From positions 1,140,001 to 1,172,000 of the forward strand of contig FP565575.1 of the NCBI GenBank assembly GCA_000091165.1: a stretch of DNA of 32,000 nucleotides. Direction: 5' to 3'. The translations under genes and the position numbers were made by a program. Positions within the stretch are counted from its first letter, which is position 1; each line of letters starts with the position of its first letter. Of the stretch, positions 1 to 9,037 are shown piece by piece. The notes below the pieces were generated by a model. It did no database searches and was not told the origin of the DNA. It saw nothing but the letters and a program-made list of their open reading frames with translations. This DNA comes from Candidatus Methylomirabilis oxygeniifera. GTDB lineage: Bacteria; Methylomirabilota; Methylomirabilia; Methylomirabilales; Methylomirabilaceae.

Positions 1-237
1 CAGATTACGAAGGTCCAAGGACGGCTGGCCGACTATTCGATCAGAGCCATCACAGGCGGCAAGGACGCGCTAGGCGAGGTAGTCCTGAAGCTGGAGGTCA
101 ATGGTCACACCGTGATCGGCAAAGGCAGTTCGACCGATGTCATCGAGGCCAGCGTCAGGGCGTACTTAAACGCGATCAACAAGATCATCGGCGCCGAGCG
201 GCCGCCAAAGGATACGGCTGCGCCGAGAGGACTGTGA
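1..237 (+). CDS. leuA: 2-isopropylmalate synthase, C-terminal (regulatory domain) end; 5' truncated by window
   Basis: Frame +1 reads QITKVQGRLADYSIRAITGGKDALGEVVLKLEVNGHTVIGKGSSTDVIEASVRAYLNAINKI...GL*, with the LeuA C-terminal GxGSSTDVIEASxxAYLxAIN pattern; stop TGA at 235-237. It lies directly upstream of asd. Confidence 0.88.
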   Translation, partial: QITKVQGRLADYSIRAITGGKDALGEVVLKLEVNGHTVIGKGSSTDVIEASVRAYLNAINKIIGAERPPKDTAAPRGL

Positions 238-255
238 CGGCGAGGGCGTGACATC

Positions 256-1275
256 ATGAGTAAAGCTTATACGGTTGCAGTCGTCGGAGCTACCGGTGCG
301 GTCGGAGAGACGATGCTTCAACTGCTGGAGGAACGGAACTTTCCCGTCCGGCAACTGAAGCTCTTGGCCTCCGAGCGGTCCGCCGGAAAGAGTCTGACCT
401 TTCTGGGGGAGGAGATCAAGGTCGAGCAGCTTAGTGAGCGTTCGTTCCAAGGGATTGAGATTGCTCTGTTCTCTGCGGGCGCCACCCGCAGTCAGCAGTT
501 TGCTCCGGCAGCCGTCAAGGCCGGTGCAATCGTCATCGATAACAGCTCCGCGTTCCGGATGGACCCGGAGATCCCGCTTGTTGTTCCGGAGATTAATCCG
601 GACGCACTTGCCGGATATCAGGATCGGGGCATCATCGCTAACCCTAACTGCACCACGATCGTCATGCTCATGCCGCTCAAGCCGCTGCACGACTATGGCC
701 GCGTCAGGCGCATCGTTGCCTCGAGCTACCAGGCGGTGTCCGGTGCTGGAGCAAAGGGAATCGAAGAGCTGAGACGGCAGACTCTGGCCTGGGCCAGGGG
801 TGAGTCGATCGAGATCGGGGCATTCCCTAAACAAATTGCATTCAACGTGATTCCTCATATCGACACATTTCAGCCGAACGGCTACACGAAGGAAGAGTTA
901 AAGCTTGTCTTCGAGACCCGAAAGATCCTGGGAGACGAAACGATCGGGGTCTCACCGACGACCGTGCGCGTCCCCGTGTTTACCGCTCACTCCATCTCCA
1001 TGAACGTCGAGACAGAGCGGAAGATCGGGGTAGAGAAGGCAAAGGAGTTACTTTCGAAAATGCCGGGACTCGTCGTATTCGATGACCCGGCAGCAGGCCG
1101 TTACCCGATGCCGGTTCTCGCGGCCGGTAAGGACGACTGCTTTGTAGGTCGGATCAGAGAAGATCTTTCGAACGATCACGCCCTCAATCTCTGGGTGGTG
1201 GGAGACCAGCTTCGAAAAGGGGCGGCCCTGAATGCCATCCAGATTGCCGAGCTGCTAGTCGACCGATATCTGTGA
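256..1275 (+). CDS. asd: Aspartate-semialdehyde dehydrogenase
   Basis: MSKAYTVAVVGATGAVGETMLQLLEERNFPV..., SSAFRMD, active-site NPNCTT and SYQAVSGAG motifs; full length, 339 aa. Confidence 0.97.
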   Translation: MSKAYTVAVVGATGAVGETMLQLLEERNFPVRQLKLLASERSAGKSLTFLGEEIKVEQLSERSFQGIEIALFSAGATRSQQFAPAAVKAGAIVIDNSSAFRMDPEIPLVVPEINPDALAGYQDRGIIANPNCTTIVMLMPLKPLHDYGRVRRIVASSYQAVSGAGAKGIEELRRQTLAWARGESIEIGAFPKQIAFNVIPHIDTFQPNGYTKEELKLVFETRKILGDETIGVSPTTVRVPVFTAHSISMNVETERKIGVEKAKELLSKMPGLVVFDDPAAGRYPMPVLAAGKDDCFVGRIREDLSNDHALNLWVVGDQLRKGAALNAIQIAELLVDRYL

Positions 1276-1314
1276 ATCTACTGAGGGCTCATCCCCTTCG
1301 GCTTACCGTGAATT

Positions 1315-1405
1315 CGTCATACCGGCGAAAGTCGGTATCCAGAAGGCCCCACTGGGTTCTCCCGTATCCAGTGCGACGCAGGCGCGTCAAACATGGAATG
1401 ACGGG
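1315..1405. repeat. Dispersed intergenic repeat of the CGTCATxCCGGCGAAAGxCGGxATCCAG type (degenerate)
   Basis: CGTCATACCGGCGAAAGTCGGTATCCAG at 1315-1342; the segment ends ...ATGGAATGACGGG near 1405. An inverted-orientation relative lies at 8297-8325. Confidence 0.6.
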
Positions 1406-1466
1406 CCAGAATAGACGCCGACCTCTTACGGTTTCCTCCTTACCCCTTACGGCTTCTCAAAGTGTG

Positions 1467-2258
1467 ATGACGACGTTTAAGTTAACGATCGAATATGATG
1501 GAACCGACTATCATGGCTGGCAAGTCCAGCCCGGGATGACGACTATTCAAGGAACGCTACAGGGGGCTGTTGCGCGAATTGTCGGGAAAGATGTCCATGT
1601 GATGGGCGCGGGGCGAACCGACGCCGGCGTCCACGCCCATGGTCAGGTCGCCAGCCTTCGTACTGAATTTCATCATCCACCGGACACCTTCCGGCGAGCC
1701 TTGACCAGCGTACTGCCGTCGGACATTGTGGTGACGGCGGTAGAGGAGATGGACGACGACTTTCATGCCCAGTACTCGGCTCAGTGGAAACGGTACCGGT
1801 ATAGCCTGCTCACGCGACCGTACCCCTCCGCCATCGAACGTCGCTACACCTTATTTGTTCCTTACCCTCTGCAGACAGATGCCATGGCTGTCGCCGCAGG
1901 AAGTCTGGTCGGTACCCACGATTTCAGTGCCTTTCAAGCCGCTCACAGCTCCGCAGAGTCTCCCGTCCGGACGGTCTTGGTGGCTGAGTTCCGGCAGCAT
2001 GGAGATCACCTGCTCTTTGAGATTGTAGCCGATGGATTTCTCCGCCACATGATCCGAATCATCATGGGAACCTTGTTGGACATTGGGCGGGGGAGATTAC
2101 AGGTGGAAGCACTTCATATAATACGTGAGGGAAGAGACCGCAACCAAGCGTCAAAAACGATCTCTCCACATGGACTGTGTCTGCTTGAGGTGGGCTACCA
2201 CCCCTTCAGTACCAGGCTGAAGACCGAAGGTGAAGGGGCTGAAGGTAGAGGGCTTTGA
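1467..2258 (+). CDS. truA: tRNA pseudouridine(38-40) synthase TruA (start refined inside the 1272..2258 ORF)
   Basis: MTTFKLTIEYDGTDYHGWQVQPG..., catalytic GAGRTDAGVHAHGQVAS, SFLRHMIR-like DGFLRHMIRIIMG. The track's 65 upstream codons are not conserved-looking and overlap repeat DNA. Confidence 0.95.
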   Translation: MTTFKLTIEYDGTDYHGWQVQPGMTTIQGTLQGAVARIVGKDVHVMGAGRTDAGVHAHGQVASLRTEFHHPPDTFRRALTSVLPSDIVVTAVEEMDDDFHAQYSAQWKRYRYSLLTRPYPSAIERRYTLFVPYPLQTDAMAVAAGSLVGTHDFSAFQAAHSSAESPVRTVLVAEFRQHGDHLLFEIVADGFLRHMIRIIMGTLLDIGRGRLQVEALHIIREGRDRNQASKTISPHGLCLLEVGYHPFSTRLKTEGEGAEGRGL

Positions 2259-2309
2259 GAATCCTTCAGTCTTCAGTCTACGTGTCTGACCGCTGTTTTA
2301 CCAGGAGGT

Positions 2310-3914
2310 GTGCATCCTATGAGCAACTCGACTGATCTCTCCCGAAGAAGGCTTTTGCAATACTTCGGTCTCAGCGCAGTGGCGACGGCCGTGGTTCCGG
2401 ACTGGCTGTTGGCGGCGAGCGAACAGGGTTCTCAGAACCAAGCTGGTCCATCAGAACCGGATGTGGAGTGCGGAATCACTGCGCTGACAACAGAGCTTCC
2501 GATTCTCTCGGCCGATCGTCCGACAAAGGTCTGGAAGTTTTCCGGCGAGTTGGTCAAGGGTCCACCCGGCACCGTACAGAACATCCCGGACAGCTATCTC
2601 GGTCCCATCCTACGGTTACGCAAGGGACAAAAGGTGCGCATCCGTTTCCACAACAAATTGCCGGAACCCTGCATCATCCATCAGCATGGCCTGCACGTAC
2701 CCGAGAAGGCGGATGGCCACCCTCGACATCAGATCGGCAGCGGCCAAACCTCTGTGTACGAATTCACGGTCCTCGATCGCGCCGGAACCTATTGGTTCCA
2801 CCCGCACACACACCATCGGACGGCTGAGCAGGCCTACTATGGTCTGGCGGGTTTGATTCTCGTGACTGATGCTGAGGAGCAGTCGTTGGAGTTGCCTCGC
2901 GATGAGTATGATGTTCCACTGGTCATTCAGGATCGCAGCTTTGATGATCAGAACCAGCTCCGCTATATTGCGCATAGGCATGACCGATGGAGGGGGTTCC
3001 TGGGCGATCGGGTGCTGGTCAACGGCAAACTGAATTTCGTCCTCCCGCTTGCGACCCGCGCCTACCGTCTTCGAATCCTCAACGGAGCGAATTCCCGCAT
3101 CTATAAGCTGACGTGGAGCGATGGAGGTCCGTTGACCGTGATTGGTACCGATGGGGGACTTCTGGAAACTCCGGAGGTCCGCAACTATCTAATGTTGGCC
3201 CCCGGTGAACGAGTAGACCTGTGGGCGGACTTCCGTGGCCGAAAGGTCGGTGACGAAATCACGCTGCGCAGCACTGCCTTCTCCGGCGTCATGCCTATGA
3301 TGGGTATGGGCGGCGGCATGATGGGGATGGGGCGCGGTATGCGAGGCGGTATGATGGGTGGCGCTCTGCCTCAAGGCGCGGAGTATCCCATCCTGACGGT
3401 TCGTATTGTGAGGGAGGAACGTGATCAACTGACCCTTCCGCGCCACTTATCGCAGATTGAGCGGTACCGACCGCAAGAAGCCGCCAATAGCCGGAAGCCC
3501 AGGTCGATCCATCTGTCAATGAGAGGTATGTCGCCACAACTGAATGGCCGCTCATTTGAAATGACTAAAGTTGCCGAAGATGAGGTCATCCCGCTCAATA
3601 CCTTACAGGTTCTTGAATTCGTCAATCAGGACCACCGGGCCCGTGGGATGATGATGGCCCACCCAATGCACATCCACGGACAGCAGTTTCAGGTGCTCAA
3701 ACGGGAGCTGGCATCCGGATTTGAACAGCGCTACGCGTCGGTCAGTCAAGGATTCGTCGATAACGGCTGGAAGGATACGGTGCTGGTCATGCCGGGGGAA
3801 AAGGTCACAATCCTCAAACGCTTTGACCATTACACGGGTCTGTATCTCTATCACTGCCACAATCTCGAACACGAGGATCTGGATATGATGCGCAACTTTC
3901 TGGTGCAAGCATAG
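2310..3914 (+). CDS. Multicopper oxidase (CueO/CotA-like), probable Tat-exported, with a Met/Gly-rich insert
   Basis: SRRRLLQYFGLSAVATAVVPDWLLA twin-arginine-like leader; Cu ligand motifs HQHGLHV, WFHPHTHHRTAEQ, HPMHIHGQQFQVL, LYHCHNLEHEDLDMM; insert MPMMGMGGGMMGMGRGMRGGMMGG. An in-frame alternative start is at the fifth codon region (MSNSTDL). Confidence 0.93.
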   Translation: MHPMSNSTDLSRRRLLQYFGLSAVATAVVPDWLLAASEQGSQNQAGPSEPDVECGITALTTELPILSADRPTKVWKFSGELVKGPPGTVQNIPDSYLGPILRLRKGQKVRIRFHNKLPEPCIIHQHGLHVPEKADGHPRHQIGSGQTSVYEFTVLDRAGTYWFHPHTHHRTAEQAYYGLAGLILVTDAEEQSLELPRDEYDVPLVIQDRSFDDQNQLRYIAHRHDRWRGFLGDRVLVNGKLNFVLPLATRAYRLRILNGANSRIYKLTWSDGGPLTVIGTDGGLLETPEVRNYLMLAPGERVDLWADFRGRKVGDEITLRSTAFSGVMPMMGMGGGMMGMGRGMRGGMMGGALPQGAEYPILTVRIVREERDQLTLPRHLSQIERYRPQEAANSRKPRSIHLSMRGMSPQLNGRSFEMTKVAEDEVIPLNTLQVLEFVNQDHRARGMMMAHPMHIHGQQFQVLKRELASGFEQRYASVSQGFVDNGWKDTVLVMPGEKVTILKRFDHYTGLYLYHCHNLEHEDLDMMRNFLVQA

Positions 3915-3966
3915 CGCAATTACGGTCTTGGATCGTTTCGTCCGACACCAATGACAAGGAGGCAAT

Positions 3967-5034
3967 ATGCGGTTAATCGGGAAGAGCATCTCTGGACACC
4001 GGGCCATCGCGATCGGTGCGGCCTTGCTGTTGTGGACAGTGCTGTGGCAGCAGTCCGCGTTCGGCGGCGAGCCGACGGCCAAACCGGTTCAATCGAAGGC
4101 GGCTGCAAAAATAGATGACTATGTGATTACGCTCGATGAGATCGAGAAGGCTCTGGCCCCGCAGCTCGCCAAATTGGAAGATCAAAAGTTCCAGCTCCTG
4201 GAGTCAAAGCTGGATGAGCTGATCGAAAAGCGCCTTCTAGCAGTCGAGGCGAAGCGCCGCGGGATAACGGTCGAGGACCTATTGAAGGCCGAGGTCACCT
4301 CGAAGATCCCCGAGGTAAGCGACGCAGAGGTAACGGCATTCATTACGCAGAACCGGGCGCGCCTTCAAGGAGACGAAGCCGGGCTTCGCCCCAAGGTCCG
4401 TGACTATTTGAGCGACCAAAAGATGGAAGAAAAGCAAAGAATCTATCTGGCCGGACTCCGGCAACACGCAAAGGTCGAGCGCTTTCTGGAAGAGCCTGAG
4501 CCGACTCGAATTGCCGTGAGCGCGGAAGGAGCCTTTGCGCAAGGCCCCAAGGATGCGCCGATTACCATCGTGGAGTTCTCCGACTTTCAGTGTCCATACT
4601 GTAGTCGCGTTGTCGCGACCTTGAAGGAGATCGTGCGACTGTACCCAAAGCAGGTACGATTGGCGTTTCGGGACTTCCCGATCGCTAACCTTCACCCCAA
4701 GGCGGCGAAGGCGCACGAGGCCGCTCGATGCGCCGGCGAACAAGGGAAGTTTTGGGGGTATCATGATCGACTGTTTGAGTCTCAAGCGCAGGCTACGGTC
4801 GCGGACTTCAAACGATTCGCTGAGCAGTTGAAGCTCGATGGCAAGAACTTTGCTACCTGTCTGGACAGCGGAAAGTACGCGGCAGCAGTCGAGGCTGATG
4901 TGCAGGAAGGGACGCGCCTCGGCATCACCGGCACCCCGACCTTCTTTATCAACGGACGGCTCGTGGTTGGCGCTCTTCCGCTGGAGATGTTCCAGAAGTT
5001 TATCGACCGGGAGCTTCGCCGCTCTGTGAAATAA
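3967..5034 (+). CDS. Exported SurA/PpiC-N-like region fused to a DsbA-like thioredoxin domain
   Basis: N-terminal hydrophobic segment (AIAIGAALLLWTVLWQQSAFG), then an IDDYVITLDEI...LLESKLDELIEKRLLAVEAKRRGI region typical of SurA_N-like sequences, then APITIVEFSDFQCPYCSR (CPYC) ... GITGTPTFFINGRLVVGA. Confidence 0.85.
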   Translation: MRLIGKSISGHRAIAIGAALLLWTVLWQQSAFGGEPTAKPVQSKAAAKIDDYVITLDEIEKALAPQLAKLEDQKFQLLESKLDELIEKRLLAVEAKRRGITVEDLLKAEVTSKIPEVSDAEVTAFITQNRARLQGDEAGLRPKVRDYLSDQKMEEKQRIYLAGLRQHAKVERFLEEPEPTRIAVSAEGAFAQGPKDAPITIVEFSDFQCPYCSRVVATLKEIVRLYPKQVRLAFRDFPIANLHPKAAKAHEAARCAGEQGKFWGYHDRLFESQAQATVADFKRFAEQLKLDGKNFATCLDSGKYAAAVEADVQEGTRLGITGTPTFFINGRLVVGALPLEMFQKFIDRELRRSVK

Positions 5035-5299
5035 TTCGCGTCAAGTCGATCGATCGGGTTGAGGGACAAAACCCCGCTATGCGGCAGCTATGCAAAGATA
5101 TACGTGCGCAGCGCTTGGATTCGCTTTGCTCGTCCCAGCCTATCGTGGCCCGTCGAGAATGGTCCCGGGTTCAAATCGATTTTTCTTGACTTAGTAAAAC
5201 GTTCCGGATTTAAATATCGCATACTGAAACACTCAGTTGCTCTTCAAACGTGCTTCACCTTCAGTCCCGCGAACGCAGCGGCGAAGCAAGAGGTGTGAG

Positions 5300-5761
5300 A
5301 TGTCGATCGAAGACAACAAGCGTCTGGTACGTCGTCTCTATGAAGAGACCGATAAGCAGAATTTCGGGGCGATGGATGAGTTCTTCTCCGCCGACCTCAT
5401 CGATCACGATCCACCGCCAATCCCCGATCTTAAACCCGGTCTGGAAGGCATCAAGCAGGCGTTCAAGGTGTTTGCGAGCGCGTACCCTGACGGCACCCAT
5501 GTCATCCATGATCTCATTGCTGAGGGAGATCGGGTCGTGGTGCGAGTGAGCGGAACCGGAACGCAGACAGGGGAATTCAAGGGGATCAAGCCAACCGGGA
5601 AGAAGGTAGAGATGACCGGCATTGTCATCTATCGGATCGAAGGCGGAAAAATCGTGGAGCGCTGGGCGCAGCACAACTTCCTTGGGTTTGTCATGCAGCA
5701 ACTGGGAGTAGTATCCCTGCCGGGCATGAGCCCTCACCCCCATCCTGACCAGCCAAGCTAA
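5300..5761 (+). CDS. SnoaL-like / ester cyclase family protein
   Basis: MSIEDNKRLVRRLYEETDKQNFGAMDEFFSADLIDHDPPP...EFKGIKPTGKKVEMTGIVIYRIEGGKIVERWAQHNFLGFVMQQLG matches the SnoaL-like NTF2-fold pattern. Start refined within the 5237..5761 ORF. Confidence 0.85.
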   Translation: MSIEDNKRLVRRLYEETDKQNFGAMDEFFSADLIDHDPPPIPDLKPGLEGIKQAFKVFASAYPDGTHVIHDLIAEGDRVVVRVSGTGTQTGEFKGIKPTGKKVEMTGIVIYRIEGGKIVERWAQHNFLGFVMQQLGVVSLPGMSPHPHPDQPS

Positions 5762-5851
5762 GCGCGCCCGCCAAGCCTGATGGGACGGCGGGTCAGCGGC
5801 GGGCTGAGGCGCGAGCTTGCTCGCGTGAACGACTGTCCGCTAACCGGCTTG

Positions 5852-7849
5852 CTATAGTTTCTCTTTGTATTCCCTGAAGCCGGCAACCAATTGCCGGAAA
5901 GAGGTGGGTTTGTATTTCTCAAAGCTCTCTTCGTCCACGTACACAAAGTCATAAATCACATCCGACTGCACCCGGTTGATGTCCTCGCACCATTGCCGCA
6001 ACCGTTCCATCTTCAGCGGCACGTCCAGCTCTTCCTGCCCCTTGGTTTCTACAACGAACACCTGCTTGCCGGATAGTTTGACAACAAAATCGGGGTGGTA
6101 ATTAGCAATGTCGCCATCAGCGTTCACGTAATCCAGCTTGAAATGCACGGCCATGTAGTTCTTGCCGTAGGACACCACATCGTCGCAATCTTCCAGGAAG
6201 CGAGCGAACAGCAGTTCAAAGTTGCTGTCCCCGATGATACGGTTAAAGACACTCTTTTTCGGGATGAGGTAGCCCTGATCCTTGGCCACAAAGGGGCGCG
6301 TCTGCCGCAGCTTGATCGTGTCGCGGATTTCGGTGTCGCCTTTGTCCTGTACGGTGAGGGCGTTGATCGCCTTCTTAAACGTCTCAAGTAAGGTCTTGGT
6401 AGCAGCCGGTTCTGACAGGTTGCGCAGAGTGTTGGGGTTTTCCAGGTCTACCGGCCGGTCAAACAACCGGTCCCGAATAAACGCCTTGACCTTGCCGTAC
6501 AGCACATCGTAGCCGCTGACCAGCCGCAAGTCCTTCATGATGGTCTGCGCGAAATAGCCGATCACACTGCTGTAATCGGCAACGCCCGCCGTGTCGAGGA
6601 TGGTGGTGTGCGTTACCTCGCCGGTGGTGATGTCCTTGAAGACGATCTCCCGCTGCTCCTCCTCGCTGAACTGCAGGTACTCCACGCGCCGATACCCCTG
6701 CGCGGCCACGTCCAGATTACCCAAGTTCTTGTATTCCCGATAGACGCGGGGGGTCAGCACCGGGATGTCAATATCCAGCCCGTCGATGTCTTTCTTCTCG
6801 TTCTCCTTGTCAACCTCCACCACCAGCGGCGTTTTCGCTTGCGTGCCTTCGCCCATCGGCTTGCGCTCCAGCACCACGCCTTCGGCCTGGATGGATTCCA
6901 CAAAATCCATAAAGGCATTCGTGCCGACAACGCTGACGTATTCTTCCAGGCCGCCGGGGTACATCTTGCGCAGGCCGCGCCCAAGTGTTTGTTCGGGCAG
7001 GATGTTGCTCTTGGCGGAATAGGCACGTAGCCCCACAATGGTGGTGACATTGCGCACGTCCCAGCCCTCTTTGAGCACCATCACCGAGATGATAGCCTTG
7101 TAGGGACTGTCCATTCCATCAATCGCGTTGGCTTGCTCGCGCAGCGTATCCAACTCTTCTTTGCTCTTGCCTGATGTTGATTCAGAAATCTCGCCGTTGT
7201 TCTTGGTGTGAATGACCAGCACGGCGTCCTGCAGGTCCGGATAGTTGCCTTCCAAATATTCAGCCACATCGTCGCAGTTGCGGGTGTCGTCGGTCATCAC
7301 GAACAGGATGGCTTTCTTGCCCATCTTTTCATGTTCGACGTACGCCTTGCGCCACTCGATCACGCCCAGGTGAATGTAATCGGTGTATTTGTCGGTGTAC
7401 TTGGCGCTCTGGCGCTCCGTCAGTTTGGCGCGGCTGGCGGCATCGGGTACGACGGGGTGCTTGACCACGTTTTGCGAGATGGCTTCCACCAGCGGGTAAT
7501 CGGCCACGGTCTGCACGAATATCGCGCCGTTGTTGTGCCTGGGCGTGGCGGTCACGTCCACTTGCAGCGAGAGGGCAGCCCCTTTTTGCTTCAGCCGATT
7601 GTGGATGTCTTCGATGGATTTGAACCAGGCCATGCGCGGGTCGTGAATATGGTGCGCCTCGTCGTTGAGCACCACAAGCTCGTCAATATCCCGCACAATC
7701 ATGCCCAAATCCACCTTGGAGTCGGTGGTCGCGCCGCTGGGCCGCCTACCGAGAAAATAATCCATCGTATCTTCATCATCGGGCGAGGGTGGAATATCAT
7801 CCCCTGCATAGACGCGGTGGATGTTGGTCAGGAAGATGTTGCCGGTTGA
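5852..7849 (-). pseudogene. Type III restriction enzyme Res-subunit-like helicase/nuclease, 5' truncated (C-terminal part only)
   Basis: Minus-strand ORF with VVLNDEAHHIHDPR (DEAH box), DVTATPRHNN, VLKEGWDVRNVTTIVGLRAYSAKSNILPEQTLGRGLRKM, and a C-terminal YHPDFVVKLSGKQVFVVETKG PD-(D/E)xK-like nuclease motif. No Walker A/N-terminal RecA segment. Homology-like sequence starts at ~STGNIFLTNIHRVY; the first ~67 aa of the track ORF are antisense to a transposase fragment. Confidence 0.85.
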
Positions 7850-7876
7850 GCGGGTGACACGTACCTCGTCCTGCCG

Positions 7877-8248
7877 GTGCAGCAGCGCCGGTATGATGCG
7901 TTCTGCGAGGAGTACAACTGGCACCGGTCGCATGAGGCGTTGGGACGCAAGACGCCGGGCGAGGTGTATGGCGCGTCGCCCCGGCCTTATCCGGGCATCC
8001 TCCCACCGGTTGAGTACGAGTCGGGCGTCACCGTGCGGCAGGTGCGCCACAACGGTGAGATCAAGTGGCGGGGTGCACGCATCTACGTCTCAGACGTCTT
8101 GGCGCACGAGCCAGTGGGCCTGACGCTCATTGATGAGGACGCCTGGGAGGTACGTTACAGTTTTCATGTCCTTGGGGTCCTCGAGCAACGCCTCAAGAAG
8201 ATCATGCCCGCCACAGGCTGGCATGGCGCTGAGCAGGTCAACGTGTAA
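7877..8248 (+). pseudogene. IS481-like transposase, C-terminal fragment
   Basis: MQQRRYDAFCEEYNWHRSHEALGRKTPGEVYGASPRPYPGILPPVEYESGVTVRQVRHNGEIKWRGARIYVSDVLAHEPVGL matches the rve/IS481-type C-terminus; the catalytic D,D part upstream is absent. Confidence 0.82.
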
Positions 8249-8282
8249 ACCATGTCCCCGGTCTAAAACGTAAATCATGTCC
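8245..8282 (+). mobile_element. Probable right end of the IS481-like element, with a repeated end motif
   Basis: Two direct repeats 25 bp apart, immediately after the transposase stop: GTAAACCATGTCC (from 8245) and GTAAATCATGTCC (8270-8282). Confidence 0.5.
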
Positions 8283-8296
8283 GGCTTGCACAGAAC

Positions 8297-8325
8297 TCTG
8301 GATACCGGCTTCCGCCGGTATGACG
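8297..8325. repeat. Short dispersed palindromic repeat, same family as 1315-1342 in opposite orientation
   Basis: CTCTGGATACCGGCTTCCGCCGGTATGACG region; perfect 8-bp arms ATACCGGC (8302-8309) / GCCGGTAT (8314-8321). Confidence 0.65.
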
Positions 8326-8495
8326 AACTCGAGGCAAGCCGCGGGGAATGAACCCCCTATGGATTCAGCCAAAACTTTGCGAAGAAGCGTTCCCGCTGCA
8401 CATGGATGTGCGGCGGCTCAGCTCTCTCATTGCTGTAAAAGTAAAACCTGTACGGCCCGCTTCTCAGTATCGTTGGCATTGCCTTAGAGGGGTGG

Positions 8496-8803
8496 TGAAT
8501 TGCCCCGTTTCAGTGGGGTTGCCCATGCCGTCTCCTCTCTGGCTGGCCTGCCTGTGGCAGGCAAGCGGCAGACAGGCCTCTCCAAGGGGAAGAAAGGTGA
8601 CCGACGATCTATTACGCCAAATCCGGGAGACGGTCAAGCGCTTTTTGTGGCTTTTTGTGGCGAAACAGGTGTCGAGACTGACTTTTCGAGGGAAAGCGTG
8701 GAGGCGTCCAGCAATCCATCACGGTCGGGCGGTCGGAGCGGGAGAGAACGGGGAGATTGCTTCGTTGCACTCGCAATGACGCGGCAGGCGGTTGGCCTCG
8801 CGC
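8496..8803. repeat. Dispersed direct repeat, copy A
   Basis: Shares GTGAATTGCCCC..., an 81-bp core (8563-8643) differing at 5 positions from copy B, CTTTTCGAGGGAAAGCGTGGAGG-GTCCAGCAAT, and CGGAGCGGGAGAGAACGGGGAGA...CTCGCAATGACGCGG. Confidence 0.9.
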
Positions 8804-8870
8804 ACCGGACGTCCTCCGATGCGTGTGCGCCGGCCGGCCGCTATAACAAATGGTTCGGCTGTCTCCACTA

Positions 8871-9017
8871 TCACGTCTCGCTCTCCACCCGGACCAGGTC
8901 CCGGTGCGGCATAGCCGCCGCGAAAAGCTCCGAAAGTTTCTGGATGGTCGGGACTGATCGGCCCTGCTCATAACGGGCGTAGGCGTTGATTGTGCGCGAA
9001 TGAGCCCCGGAAGTCAT
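8871..9017 (-). pseudogene. HTH (XRE-like) antitoxin-type C-terminal remnant, not in the ORF track
   Basis: Minus-strand reading from ATG at 9017: MTSGAHSRTINAYARYEQGRSVPTIQKLSELFAAAMPHRDLVRVESET*. The NAYARYEQGRSVPTxxKLSELF core is typical of HTH antitoxins associated with HicB-like proteins. Confidence 0.6.
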
Positions 9018-9037
9018 CGAGCTTGTTCGGTGGTAGT

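Noticed and set aside
7208-7849. 213-aa + strand ORF inside the Res remnant
   Set aside because: Antisense shadow of the Res-like coding sequence, which has clear helicase motifs on the minus strand.
7850-8050. N-terminal ~67 aa of the 732-aa minus-strand Res ORF
   Set aside because: This part is the antisense of the transposase fragment and has no Res homology pattern; the true homologous part begins near 7849.
8348-8779. 143-aa ORF on + strand
   Set aside because: Overlaps repeat copy A, no recognisable motif, low-complexity mix; likely chance ORF.
8500-8973. 157-aa ORF on + strand
   Set aside because: It reads straight through repeat copy A and yields the characteristic repeat translation RERGDCFVALAMTRQ; no protein family pattern, and the analogous ORF in copy B is in a different context.
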